Assembly (NCBI GenBank): GCA_977030845.1
Contig: OZ365114.1
Location: 23,684,001 to 23,748,000 of the forward strand
Length of the DNA: 64,000 nucleotides
Source of the DNA: Fimbriosthenelais zetlandica
Lineage: Eukaryota
Reading direction: 5' to 3'
Below, in pieces: positions 12,701 through 24,325 of this stretch (within the stretch, counting starts at the first letter, position 1; every line of letters begins with the position of its first letter). The notes beneath the pieces are model-generated. The model had not been told where the DNA came from. It did no database searches and saw nothing but the letters and a program-made list of their open reading frames with translations. The position numbers and the translations under genes are program-made.

Positions 12701-15700
12701 TTAACCAAAATTTGCGGAACATGAATGTTGTTGAAGAAGTAAATTACACAGATCTACCTGCTTCCATATGCAGGCTATAAAGTGACTCAGAATATAAGAT
12801 AGGATGGCATATGAACTTGCTTTTTTTTCTTTTTGAAGACATCTTTCTTTTTAGGGGGGAGCCTCTTCACAAAAAGTGAAAAGAATGGCAAAATGGAAAC
12901 CTGCTATGCAGCATCTACAAACAAACATGCATGTGTGGTCCCGTTTTACCAGCTCCCATTTTAGAGCGACTTCTTTTTCCCTGGGAAGACCTCCCCCACA
13001 AAAGTTGTTGACATTCATTTCTTCCAGGCACTAAACTTCGCCAATCATCTCATCTTGGACATGTGATTGTCAAAATATATGCCTTACCGCACCAGTCTGT
13101 GTATTCTCTAGGAGCCTGGCCCTATTTTCTTTACCTAGAAATCTCACTGTCGGTCTGCCATTGTCAAATTCCAATGTTTCGACGTGGCATTTCTTACATG
13201 CAGACACAGCTTCGGGTGACGAGCATAAAACTGCTTGAAGGGATGCTTTACATTAGTGAAAAACCCTCACACACATTGCGGTTCTTCTTTAAAAAGATAC
13301 AATCGTCATATTCTCACCTACAAAATATTTTCTTTGCTTCATGCTCTGTGGCATTTTGAAACTACAATTTTTGTTTCTGGGCGTAGGCCTATAATGGGTA
13401 TTTCCAATTTACAGTATCCAGCATAAGACATGGAATCTGATGCTAATAAAAGACACCATTCCAGTCAAACATGCAAATACACGAGGCAATCTTTTTAACT
13501 CGATAGATTAATAGGATGAAGTGGGGATTGTTCCCGGGCTCTCACGGCAATTAGATCACTTGTCAGGGAAAAATAATGCTTTATCCCCCTCTTCTTAAAG
13601 GTCGTATTAGATTGATTTGGAATACTAAATGGGCGGAGCCATGGAGGGTGTCGATTAAGCCCTAGATTACTTTACCTGGTGCCCAGCGTTTTTTACCCCA
13701 TGAAATCAGAAGGTGCCTGTGAAATTCAACACGGAAATTGGTCATTGCATTGCAGCACAGTTTCTGGGAGCATACTTCATGCAGGAGGAAATGCAACCGA
13801 CCCTCCAAACATCCATGACAATGACATTATAGTAAATATGGCAGGGTATACATGCACTATATGCTTTTACCAAGAACCAGAAGTAAGCAGAATATATCAA
13901 AATCTCCCATAAAATACTCATTAATCACATCTGTCTATGGCGACTACTGATGCTTGTAATCAACTCTAGTTGTTTCTTTCTTTTCACTCGCCCACCTTTG
14001 TATATATTTAATCTTCTCCAGGGAAAAATCATGAACTTCCACATTCTATATTATCCGATATACCTTTTTGTCCACCCTGATGATATACCTTAACTCACAT
14101 CCATCACTTTCTGGTGTTTTCATTGACAATTATTTGTTCGTCTTGGCATATGCCATCTAAACGCATTTCATAAAGCGCTAGTGGTGTGGGATTGGGAAAT
14201 GAAAAAATGAAAAACTAATCCAGTTGCTATCTTGGGAAATCTTTCGATTTTCCCCATCGGTGGGAGTTCTTACTGAAAGAGATAAGCAGAGCTAACTTCT
14301 TTGTAGGACCTCGTCACTTGGATTTCAAAGCATCCTATTCATCATATGTTTAAATTGGGTGAAATCGTCATAGGCTACATAATCATCCTAGAGACAAGAA
14401 CCTTCCAATTTCATATTCTCATTATTGGCCCATGGCTTTGCCATACCTGACATATATCTATACCCTTTGTGGCATCTTCAAAGGATGCCTGACCTCTGCT
14501 TGCCCCCTGAATCTAATCCTGCTTCGAATTATTCCAGGGAGTTTCCTCAGCATTCACGTAAAAATGTTCCTTTAAGGATTGATCTGGGTTTTTTTTCAAA
14601 ATCATTACACAAATCCCTAAGTTATAATGTTTTGAATAATGATCTAATGGTCCTTGAGAAGTTCAATGTCATGAACCACTTGATGACCCAAGGTAGAATG
14701 GAGGATACTATCGTTCATCCTGCCTTTGACAAGTGCAATATTGACGCTATCTCTTGCCAGTAGCCGGGATGCACACTGCCATGTGGAAATTTGCAGCCCA
14801 AAATGACTTACCCTATCCATAACCATCTCCCGGCTGACAGATGCCATATATTAGCCCTACTTCTCAGGTTTCGCCTTTTGACTCAAGGATTAGGCAACCC
14901 TCTACAAACTGCTTCCATACAAAAGGAATTTTGATTAAAATCCGGTGTAGAATCATCATCTGATAAATGCTAAAGACATTTTAACAAACTTTTAAAGAAA
15001 TAATTATTATTCTTTTAAAAGGTGTTAATTAAATTGTATAGGGTTTTGGAGAGTCAATGTATATATGGGCCTACTGCACTACAGCAGCAAGAAATTCTCT
15101 TTACTCAAAACATCATTCAGTCACTGTGTTTTGGTTAGTAAATGTGTCACTATTTTACAATAATTCAGAAATTGCCGTATAATATAATTATAATGTTAAG
15201 TTCACATATAGTTGCTTTACATCATTGAAGAGTAACAATTATTGTCACCAAGAGTTAGTATATCGGTATTGGCACTGGCTACCTTTTCTGAATGAATAAT
15301 TAAGAAGGGTGCTGATTATACCTCTTCCTGTACTCGAGAACAACCTCTCGGAACAAGATGCCCAGCTTAACTTGCATGCTGGATCAGTCACGCATGAATT
15401 GTCAGAGTTGAAGTGAAGCAGTGGCTATTGCCAACACACCAGGCCAACCATCACGCTCCACTGACCAACCGAGTCTGTCATTTGTCAAGCATTTTTACGT
15501 GAAAACCCGGAGCATCAATACATCTGAATATTTCAAATCCCAATGCATATTTCAGAATTTGTTATTGTAGAATAAATATATGGCCCTAAGGTCCCACCCT
15601 GTGGATAGCTGTTTGTATCCACATATATACATTGTTATGCTCAGAATTAACCTCTGTTGAAAGTTTAATCAGATTAAGCCTGCAATTCCCAATAGGTTTG

Positions 15701-16889
15701 TGTTATTCTCATAGCCTTCACATTCGGTCTCACATCAGATGTTGGCAGGTTATGGCCCAATCCCTTTAATGTACTGAGGTTTTCCACCTTTAAGTTAATC
15801 TGGGATGTGAACTGACGAGGGTGTATTCTCTGATGAGTTAAACAAGATTTTGATTCCTTGTGGTTTTCCAGATCAATTCTACAAAACTGCAGCATCTGGG
15901 CATCTCGATCTAAGTCAATCATGCAGAAATATCCGAGTGCATATGACTACATTATATTGAGTCTTCAAAGTTTTATATTTAGCATCGCCCCTAAAATCAT
16001 CCCAATCTAATCACAAAATCATTCAACAGATACCTCATAAAAAATATATGAATCGTCAGGCTGAACTCCACCTCGAGAGGAGTGATGGTGCCATGTATAA
16101 CCAGGTATACAAACTTTAGCATTAGAAGGCTTATATGGCTCATAAGGTCTCTCAGATGCATCTTCAGTATTGCTTGGAGCATGAGGTACTGTGAATGGTT
16201 CCATACACCATGAGAGGTACCGGGGTATGCTTTACTTTGGATTGAACTGACTTCACTCGTTCAGCACTAATCATGACCCAAACACTAATTACAATGAGTG
16301 TATTGCGTGAGCTGCAACAATGGAATCTGGCTTCTGGCATGGATGGAAGTGGCCCTCAAGATCTCCACAATTTACACAGGCACACAAATCCAGAGTCAGA
16401 AACCATGGGTTCTCCTGCCATTCCTCCTTTTGCACTTACGTTGAAACATTATTTAGAAGCTCATTTCATGTGTGAAAAATTAGAATACGCTCTGGAAAAG
16501 GTTGAAGATTATTGTCAAATATAATTTATGAAGGTTTGTGGCGTTCACTAGTTCGTAAAAATTAATCTGCCCCAATAGAAAATCCACAGGATTCTGATCA
16601 TTTAAACTAAGTCACAAAAGCAGAACGTCCCTTGCATGTCAATTGGGTCAGTGAATTACCACGACACAAGTGATGATGAAAATGTCAATGACTGACGTGT
16701 CAATGACTGACATTTCACCGTGCCATTTGCATGCTTGAGTACATGGATTGACACTATGAAGAGGTCATATCTGCATCATATTTATCAGTACTCCTTATCA
16801 TTATATTACACATCAAAAAACCTAAAGTATGTGTACATTTTTCTTAACGCTGTACCCATGTGGGAAATAATCGTAGCTAGAAGATAAAT

Positions 16890-17750
16890 CATCATGAATT
16901 ATATATTGAAACAACAAATAGCTTAAAAACTATTTTTACTTCATGTACTCCATTTCCATCTGGTTTTGTGTTCCTTAGACAAATATTTTTTCGGCCTCTG
17001 TTGAGATTAAAGACCCATAGAAGTCGATCGAAACAAGATTTAATCTTCAGAGGTGAATATATGTAGCATGAGAGGTTGAACGACTGACATTTACCTTCAA
17101 TGGGTTCTATCGTGCAACCCTGGGGAACCACACATCTTATGCTGCTGATCAACTTTTTATTTCATTGCACCGAGAAATAATTACTAATCGGGGCTTTTTA
17201 AAGTGAACTAATCAGTCACGCACAAAAAAGTAGGTTTGAGGATTCTCGTTACATGCTATATTAACATGAACTACTTCAGAGTGAAGAAAAAAACTAATCG
17301 GCAGATATATGACTATTAGGCAAGCTTTTTGGAGTAGGAATTCTACGCATTATAAGCTTGGCTGTGAAACAAGTGGCAGAGGTTACTGTAACACAATTTC
17401 ATGTATGTTCTAAGGATATTTAGATGTGTTTTTCCCTTCACATTATCTATACCTGCCCGTTAAGTTATCAACTTTTCCCTGGATATACTAGATTGCGCAA
17501 TAGATAAACAGCTTTCTTAATTATTTCGGTCATTTTCTTTACGTCTACATGTCAGATTTGAAAAGTGGAGATAGAACTTTTGAAATTCGAGGAAATCAAA
17601 TGCAAATGTGAGGAAAGTAGCTCGTAGATTAACCAGGAGCGGCGGGAGGAAGATCATGGCTAGAGATCACAAACCGAGAGCTCAAAGAGAAAGTGGAATC
17701 ATAGTGAGGAATGATTCATTATTTCTGAAATTGTGTAAAAAGAAATGCTA
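16890..17750 (-). mobile_element. Degraded non-LTR retrotransposon (CR1/L2-like) RT fragment
   Basis: SIRCVVPQGCTIEP resembles the LINE RT motif CGVPQGSILGP. Upstream AGIDNV...NLCHLFHSQ resembles GxD...PLxHLFNxS. Many stops and indels. Confidence 0.4.
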
Positions 17751-17849
17751 GCTTCAAGTTGAAGTCTATCTTTCATGCTTATAAGCTAGACTAGGCTAAA
17801 CCAGAGATTAGAAAATAAGGGGGGAAAGGAAATCCACCATATACCTGAT

Positions 17850-18650
17850 AGAATAAGGAATAGTGTAATAAAAACATATTACAATACAATAACAATGCAT
17901 TAGGGAGCTTTCGAACAATGGCCAACAGTCGCCAAGAGTCATCAAATCGATGCCATGAGTTGATCAGCACTAATTGGGTCAAATATTGATCTGTTCCTCT
18001 TGCCCAATGTTCCTATACACCACTCCCCTCACACTGATGAATGCCAAGAAACATCCATCAAGTTTCTCAAACAAAACGTACGTGGCTCCCCAACCCATAC
18101 CAGATGCATCAGTGTTGACAATATGTTCTGGCAGCATTCAATTGGCATACAGTATGATCAGAAGATCTCTGGGAGGAAAGATTTGACCAACAGTGACTTT
18201 TGGTAAGAAATGACTGATAAAAAAGTGTGAGATGGATGAGGAGGGTTTGTAGTGGGGTTTAGGGTTCGCATGGGATGCGTAGACGATGCATGAGTTAATT
18301 GAGCTGGTCCCTCGAGGCCCTTGGCACAATACTGAATAACCTTCTCCCCAAATTGTCTTTCCTTGATATAATATACATCAGATATAGGTCTACAAGAATT
18401 GCAAACAAATTCCTTATGGTTGAGCTTGAACGATATACCATGCATCTATTTATGTATCATAAAACGTAGAAGAACAAAAATGCAAGGTTCTCTGCTTTGG
18501 TAGGTGGCACGACCTTGACATAAATCCTGTAGCTGTAGATTTACTGGCCAAAGGTCTGGATTCATTGTTTTCTCACTAAACCAATTGTGGAGCACCTGTG
18601 ATCGTGGAAGAGAACTGCTGATGTCAGTAACCATATGCCATCAGAAAGAA
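17850..18650 (-). mobile_element. DIRS-like retroelement fragment (RT thumb plus RNase H)
   Basis: TDASGMGWGA encoded at 18084-18113 matches the DIRS RNase H motif TDASxxGWGA. Upstream DISSSLPRSQV and LLRFMIHK resemble LPFGLSSAPRVF and LGFxIN. Interrupted by stops. Confidence 0.5.
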
Positions 18651-21600
18651 AGAAGTGGTCTGAAAAAATGTTTAACATTCAAACATCTTGGCAAGACACT
18701 GTAGAATAGGTACTCGATATATACTGCCAGGCTATAGGCAGGCGCACGTATGATTGAAGGTTTTGTGCGAAGGAAACCATTTTTGCACTGATGCATTTCA
18801 CGCCAAGTAATGTTATACTTGGGTCATCTTTTTCAGGTTTCACTGAAGTTAATTTGAACAACAAAATATACTTACTGATATGTAAATACTATCCGGTAAT
18901 ACTCTTTTGCTCTCGATGGAAACAATATTCCTATGCATTGCACCATACTGTTAGCATTTCATTAGCCTACAAGTTTGCACTTCACACATATATATGCACA
19001 TGTATCTTAACATTTAATATTGTTTTACATACCTCAAATGCTCTCAAAAATTAACTAATAAATTTGAATTATTCTCTAGATTTCTTGTCTCTGGGACTTT
19101 GTCATCTGTCATAATAATGTCTAAGAATCTTGAGTTGAGTTCCCTAAATCTTTTTTCTCTGTCCCTCGGAGGGATATGTGTATAAGATAAGTATGCCCAC
19201 CCCAGGGATCCACTTTACCTCTTCACGGTGTTTCCAATGCTCTGCACAGTTCACTTTGGTATAGGAGTTTTATCCCCGAGAAGAGACTACACTTTCTCCT
19301 TGAGTTTGTCCTGCATCATGGAGTGTCAGGTGCATGACAGAGTTGGGCTTTTACATAAAGAGCTTTGAGTATGCCAGTTATAGCTTTTCAGTATAGGGTG
19401 ATCCTTCCCAATTAGAAATCAACAAGTTGTTAACCCAACAGGAAATGCTGTCACAAACAGTTTGCTCAACTGTGACTCTGAAATCCAGATGAAGAGAACT
19501 GTTGAAATTGTCCTATGCAGGCCTACATTTCAGGAGACCAATATAGTACAATTGATAATCACCTTGATATTTCCACCGACCCATATGGAACCCTCAAACC
19601 CTAAAATACACCACTCGTTTACTGACTATATAGTGGCAAAGGCATTACGGTGTCACAGGTAATGGTGGCCTTGTTATCTTTGACCATGAAAAAATGGAGG
19701 CCCACGTAGCATTGGCGTCAAGAAAATAAACATGACGTTCCATGCAACGCCTGCCTCCCAGGAAGTGGGCCGCCCATCTAACAGCATTTCTTCCTTCAGC
19801 TTCAATGCTTCTTAAATTAACATGGGATATAGGACCCACACCGCCTATTGTTTCTCTACACAAAATACAATATGTCAGTCAAGAATCGTTTAACATATAG
19901 GAAGTCTTGAAATTCATCTCATAACATTGTGTAAAGAGGTGTATGTAGGGGGTGGCAGAGATAGTTAGGTGAGTGGGTGTCAGAATGATGGGTCGGTGAA
20001 ACATATGCAGATACTTTGTTTGCCATTGACAAATGGTCTATATCCCTCCCTCAATACCCATCTCTTCCCATTATGTACAACATAATGAACCTGCTGCATG
20101 AAGCAGGATTCTTCATATACGAGGAAAAGGTGAGAGAATGTATTCGCTATTACCCCCATTCTGGCCTGCTTAATGACTTCAACTCACATGTACAAAATGG
20201 TGGGCCCTTAAGTGAAACCTTGATGTGGCTTGAGGAGGGGCTGGATATGACAGAAATCGGAGTGGCAGGAACAGAAGAAGACTAACTGGATGTGGCAGGA
20301 CAGGAACAGCCCGGATGAACTGCCATGGAAACTAACACCAAGAAAAATCATCAATTTTCCATTGGTTTGTGAGCTCAGAATTAGGCCTAAATATATCGAT
20401 CCATTCATTTGATTCCAATCAAAAGCCAATGACCACAATCGACATGGTATGTGCCAGACACAAATACTAATATATTGTACATGGAGAAGGAGGTTGTGAC
20501 CTTCATCAGAGAGTGCCGTCATTTTTCCCAAAGGGTAGCCACCACAGCTATGATTAATGCACAGAGTCTGCTGAGGCTGGTGGGAGTCTCTATCCTTTCG
20601 GCCTACGTTAAGAAGGGTTTGATCTTGCTCCAAAGCCATTAACATATTTACTTAACACTGAGAACCTGCATTGTAGAATTCCTCCCAGGAAGCCATAACA
20701 AAAACTCTCTAGTGCCCACTGCACTGAGAACAAAGAATAATTGTTGGCTCCAACTTCCAAAAGCTTTTCAAATGATAATACACAGTTATATCTCAATCGC
20801 GAATCGATAAATATGACACCAAAACATGTATTTCTGGATTTGAACTTAATGAGAATACATTCCATCTCTAAACAGGGGATTATGATGATCAATAGAAAGT
20901 AAATTATTGATGAAGATAATGCACTGATCCGAAACTCCTGGGATAATTAACGCGTTGGTACATGTACTACCATTATCAAACTAGATGGCCATTATTGGGA
21001 TGGCTATCAATGAAAGTACATTTATATGTATGATTATCTTTCTGGAGAAAGGCACCAACGCAGAAAAATGATCGTCGCAGTAGCGTTAAGTTAAAACTGT
21101 TTCAGAGAATGATTTGAATGGTACATCAGGTCGTTAAATAATAGATAGGTCCGCCATGGAGGTAATTACATCGCTCCAATGAACGCCAAAAACTTTAAAT
21201 GTCACCCAGCAATTCCACTGATACCAGAATACATCATTAACAAGAGAAAGGTACTAGAGTACAAGATCTATCCACAATAAGAACAGAAAGAATGGCATAA
21301 TCTTTTTGGCTTCGGGAGCCTTTTTATTATTTTTTTGAATGCTTACATAATTGTACATATATGTGATTATCGAGGCTTTAATTTCCGTTTTCCTTTCCTT
21401 GTTCCAGAAAGGCATCTTCAAAAGCATAAATATCGTCTATTGCCTCCTTTTTCTCTCCTATAAATAGCTCCTACACGATGGAGAATATATAACTTAATTA
21501 TGCTATACTCCCACCCCTCTACGTACATACCCCCTTATTATACGGTATTGTCCCCCTAACTTGTACAATAATAAGTTAGCTAGAAATTAGGCTGAAATGT

Positions 21601-22463
21601 ACATACAAGTCGTATTATCAAAATGGAAAAGATGAAAGTCGAGAAAAAAATAAACTGATTGTTCCTCATAATTAATAATACTAAAGTTCGCTAATGACCT
21701 TCTGTATAATATAACAAGTAAGCTACGCATAAATTATTAATAATAACGAATAGTTATAATAATATTCCTACAGCGTTGACTCTTCCTGTGTAGGTATAAG
21801 TCCACATACATTATTCTTGGTGGATAAACTACTACGCTAGAAACTAAAGTGGTATATTACAGTATACTAAGTGTAAATAGTCAACTACATCATACTACGA
21901 ATTAACTGGAGTGAACATATGGGCTAAAATAAAGGGCGATGATAATATGATTTAGGCAACTATTTAGCTTAAATTACGACGTAATTTTAATACAGCATCA
22001 GTATGATCTGTCCTAACAAGTGACCAACTTGCTAACAAAGTTAATTCATAACTTAGATTAACATATTTTAAGAACTTGGGTTACCTTAGATTATTATTAC
22101 CAATATCATTATCTAACATTGCAATGAAACTATGCGATTAATTACAATAATTAATTAACATTATGTCATTGATAAATTAACTAGATCGTGGACGGCGTCA
22201 CATAGGCTATGATTCTACGTGAAGACAATAATTAACGAGGGGCTTCATCCACTGTTCCTATTTCATAGCAAAGATGTACTACAAAAACCAATGGATCACC
22301 TACTGGCTAACATGGCACATCTTTTTCCTTAACAGGCCCTGTTCATTTAACATCTAACTGATATTTCATACATGAATTGGCCAGATGATAGAGTCTTTGG
22401 ATGAAGCCTTTAACATGGGGAGCAATGCCGTTTCATTTAGAGTCTAGAATTTCGACGTTGTGG

Positions 22464-22539
22464 AAAATGGCGCCCTCTGCAATCCGAGATGGCGGCCCTT
22501 CAACTCCATGCGCATGCACAGCACCTGAGTATTTCCGGT
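22464..22539. promoter_or_regulatory. Promoter-like motif cluster (two YY1-type motifs, NRF1-type, ETS)
   Basis: AAAATGGCG 22464-22472, AGATGGCGG 22487-22495, TGCGCATGCA 22509-22518, TTTCCGGT about 22532-22539. Confidence 0.35.
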
Positions 22540-23083
22540 TCCCCATAAGTGTCACTAGATTCATGAATCAAATCTCATGGAGTTCAATTATAATTTTGAG
22601 CACGATGTGCCCTGGCTACACATCAAAATATCATTCCCAAATTTCCTATTTTTCCATTCGCTGATAAGATTCTCTTGGGAAACACATGGTAATTCCCTCC
22701 TTTGGTTATGTCTATTTATTCTAGTCTATAACCTGAATTGACAGTCGCATTACATACGACCATCAAGAGTAGCTACAAAGGAAATCTCGACCTTACGGGT
22801 CCATACAATGATTCAGTGCTGAAAAACCGAAATTGGTAATAGTCTAACAGGATTACACATAGTGACGCCTGTCTACACATGTACGCTCTCTACCGCTTCC
22901 TCACATAAATGCACAAGAGATGTTAACTTCATGAACACCTCATACAGCCTGTCTTTGAGACACGTTAGAACACCTAGAATCATCACGGAGGAGTGTTGGA
23001 ACTTCTCTCAGAAGAAAGACACTTTACTTTAGTACATGGACGTACCATTTGCTAACGTAGTGCATCTTTCTTATGTTGAATTA

Positions 23084-23089
23084 TTTATT
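23084..23089 (-). terminator. Candidate polyadenylation signal of RBM24/38 (about 950-nt 3' UTR)
   Basis: First canonical AATAAA I found on the minus strand after the stop at 24037; an ATTAAA variant lies near 23704. Confidence 0.3.
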
Positions 23090-24036
23090 TAATCCTCCTG
23101 AATAACTTATAAACATCCATTGCAAAATGGCCCGACGAATATCTTAGATAATACAGGGCACCACCATTCCTTTTCACATCCATATCAAACTTCTGTAGAA
23201 ATACATTTAAAAAACATGTTCCTAACAATCACCGTGATGACAGTTTAAACTAATTTTACAAAGAAAAACGTTCATGTAATTCAAACAGTGCATGCCACTT
23301 TTTTCTTCTTTAAGAAAATTCAGGACGCCTGGCTTTCGGTGTCGCCATGTGGTTTGCTGAGGGTGCCAGCCCACTATGACCATGATCGGTACATGCATCA
23401 ATATTATTAATAATAATTATCATTAGCGTAATAATACATAAGGCATTCTAGGTAAAATCATTTTTTCCACTCTCGCATCTCCTAACATCCAACTCGAATC
23501 CATACTCACTTTTATAGAAGACCTTTGCATAGTATTAAGAGATCGTAACAAAACTTCTTTCCTGATACTCTCATACATGCTCTCACTCATCTTTATAGCT
23601 TTCACAGTCTTGACCACTGAGTTATTATGGCCCATCCGGCCTTCACCTTGACAAACGATCTAGACACCTGGCTGCGACTCAGATTTCGACTCTGTCACAA
23701 ATTTTTAATAAATGTATAATGCATACGTATGCTGAATACAATGAATCGATGTCAGGCAATGTCGGACGGATGGCATAAATATGATGGTTGCGATATATCA
23801 CCTTTGGTCTACAAAATATTATGACATTGTACTATATATTATACGGTGTATAAACAGTGCTCAAGAATGGACGGATGTGACGTTGCCTATGACGTAATAC
23901 TTGTCCATATTCGGCTTTAGCCGCGCGTCCATTATTGCAATTGACTAGAAGAGTACTCCAAGTCTCTTCTTTCTTTAAGCATTTGACCATCGAGACAAAT
24001 GGCCTTGTTTAGGAACACCCTAGACTAGTATTTGCT

Positions 24037-24325
24037 TCATTGCATTCTTTCTTGTATCTGTTGCGGCTGATAGTGTGCAAAGGCGCCAAGTGGCTGAGGC
24101 ACGGCGGCGTAGGAATACGGTGTTGGTGTGACGTAGCCTGCTGCAGTCGTGTATGGGTAGGCGGCTTCATATCCGTTCGGGAACTGACTGGCAGCATAAC
24201 CAGTAGGGTAGTCCAATGCGAACTGGCCAGCAGTTGTTGGCGACAGTGGACTATGTGGTGATACTGGTATGGTCATTCCTGGTGTCGAGGCTACGTATGG
24301 ACTAGGATACATGTACTGGGGCAGC
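24037..24325 (-). CDS. RBM24: RBM24/RBM38 last coding exon (Tyr/Ala/Pro-rich tail ending HYQPQQIQERMQ*)
   Basis: Acceptor TTCTGTTTGCAG| at 24326, phase 2, matches exon 3. C-terminus resembles vertebrate RBM24/38 YQPQQLQTDRMQ. TGA at 24037-24039. Confidence 0.93.

Larger units (their letters stand above)
10040..20760 (-). pseudogene. Decayed, intron-containing transposon-like gene with Cys clusters and C-terminal PHD-like fingers; best guess KDZ (Kyakuja-Dileera-Zisupton)/HMGXB3-like
   Basis: Minus-strand pieces with splice-like boundaries. A 560-nt exon at 12758-13317 reads in one frame with 5 stops. LTLDLCACVNCG at about 16364-16400; NLKVENLSTLKGLG SAP-like segment at about 15730-15800; EICCICQH..QCQLCCDK.H PHD-like segment at about 12500-12620. 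Boundaries approximate, family by recall only. Confidence 0.4.

Noticed and set aside
20016-21300. Plus-strand semi-open frames considered as a TET/JBP-like or viral passenger gene of the relic
   Set aside because: No HxD...H or other recognisable motif; frequent stops; overlaps minus-strand relic sequence.
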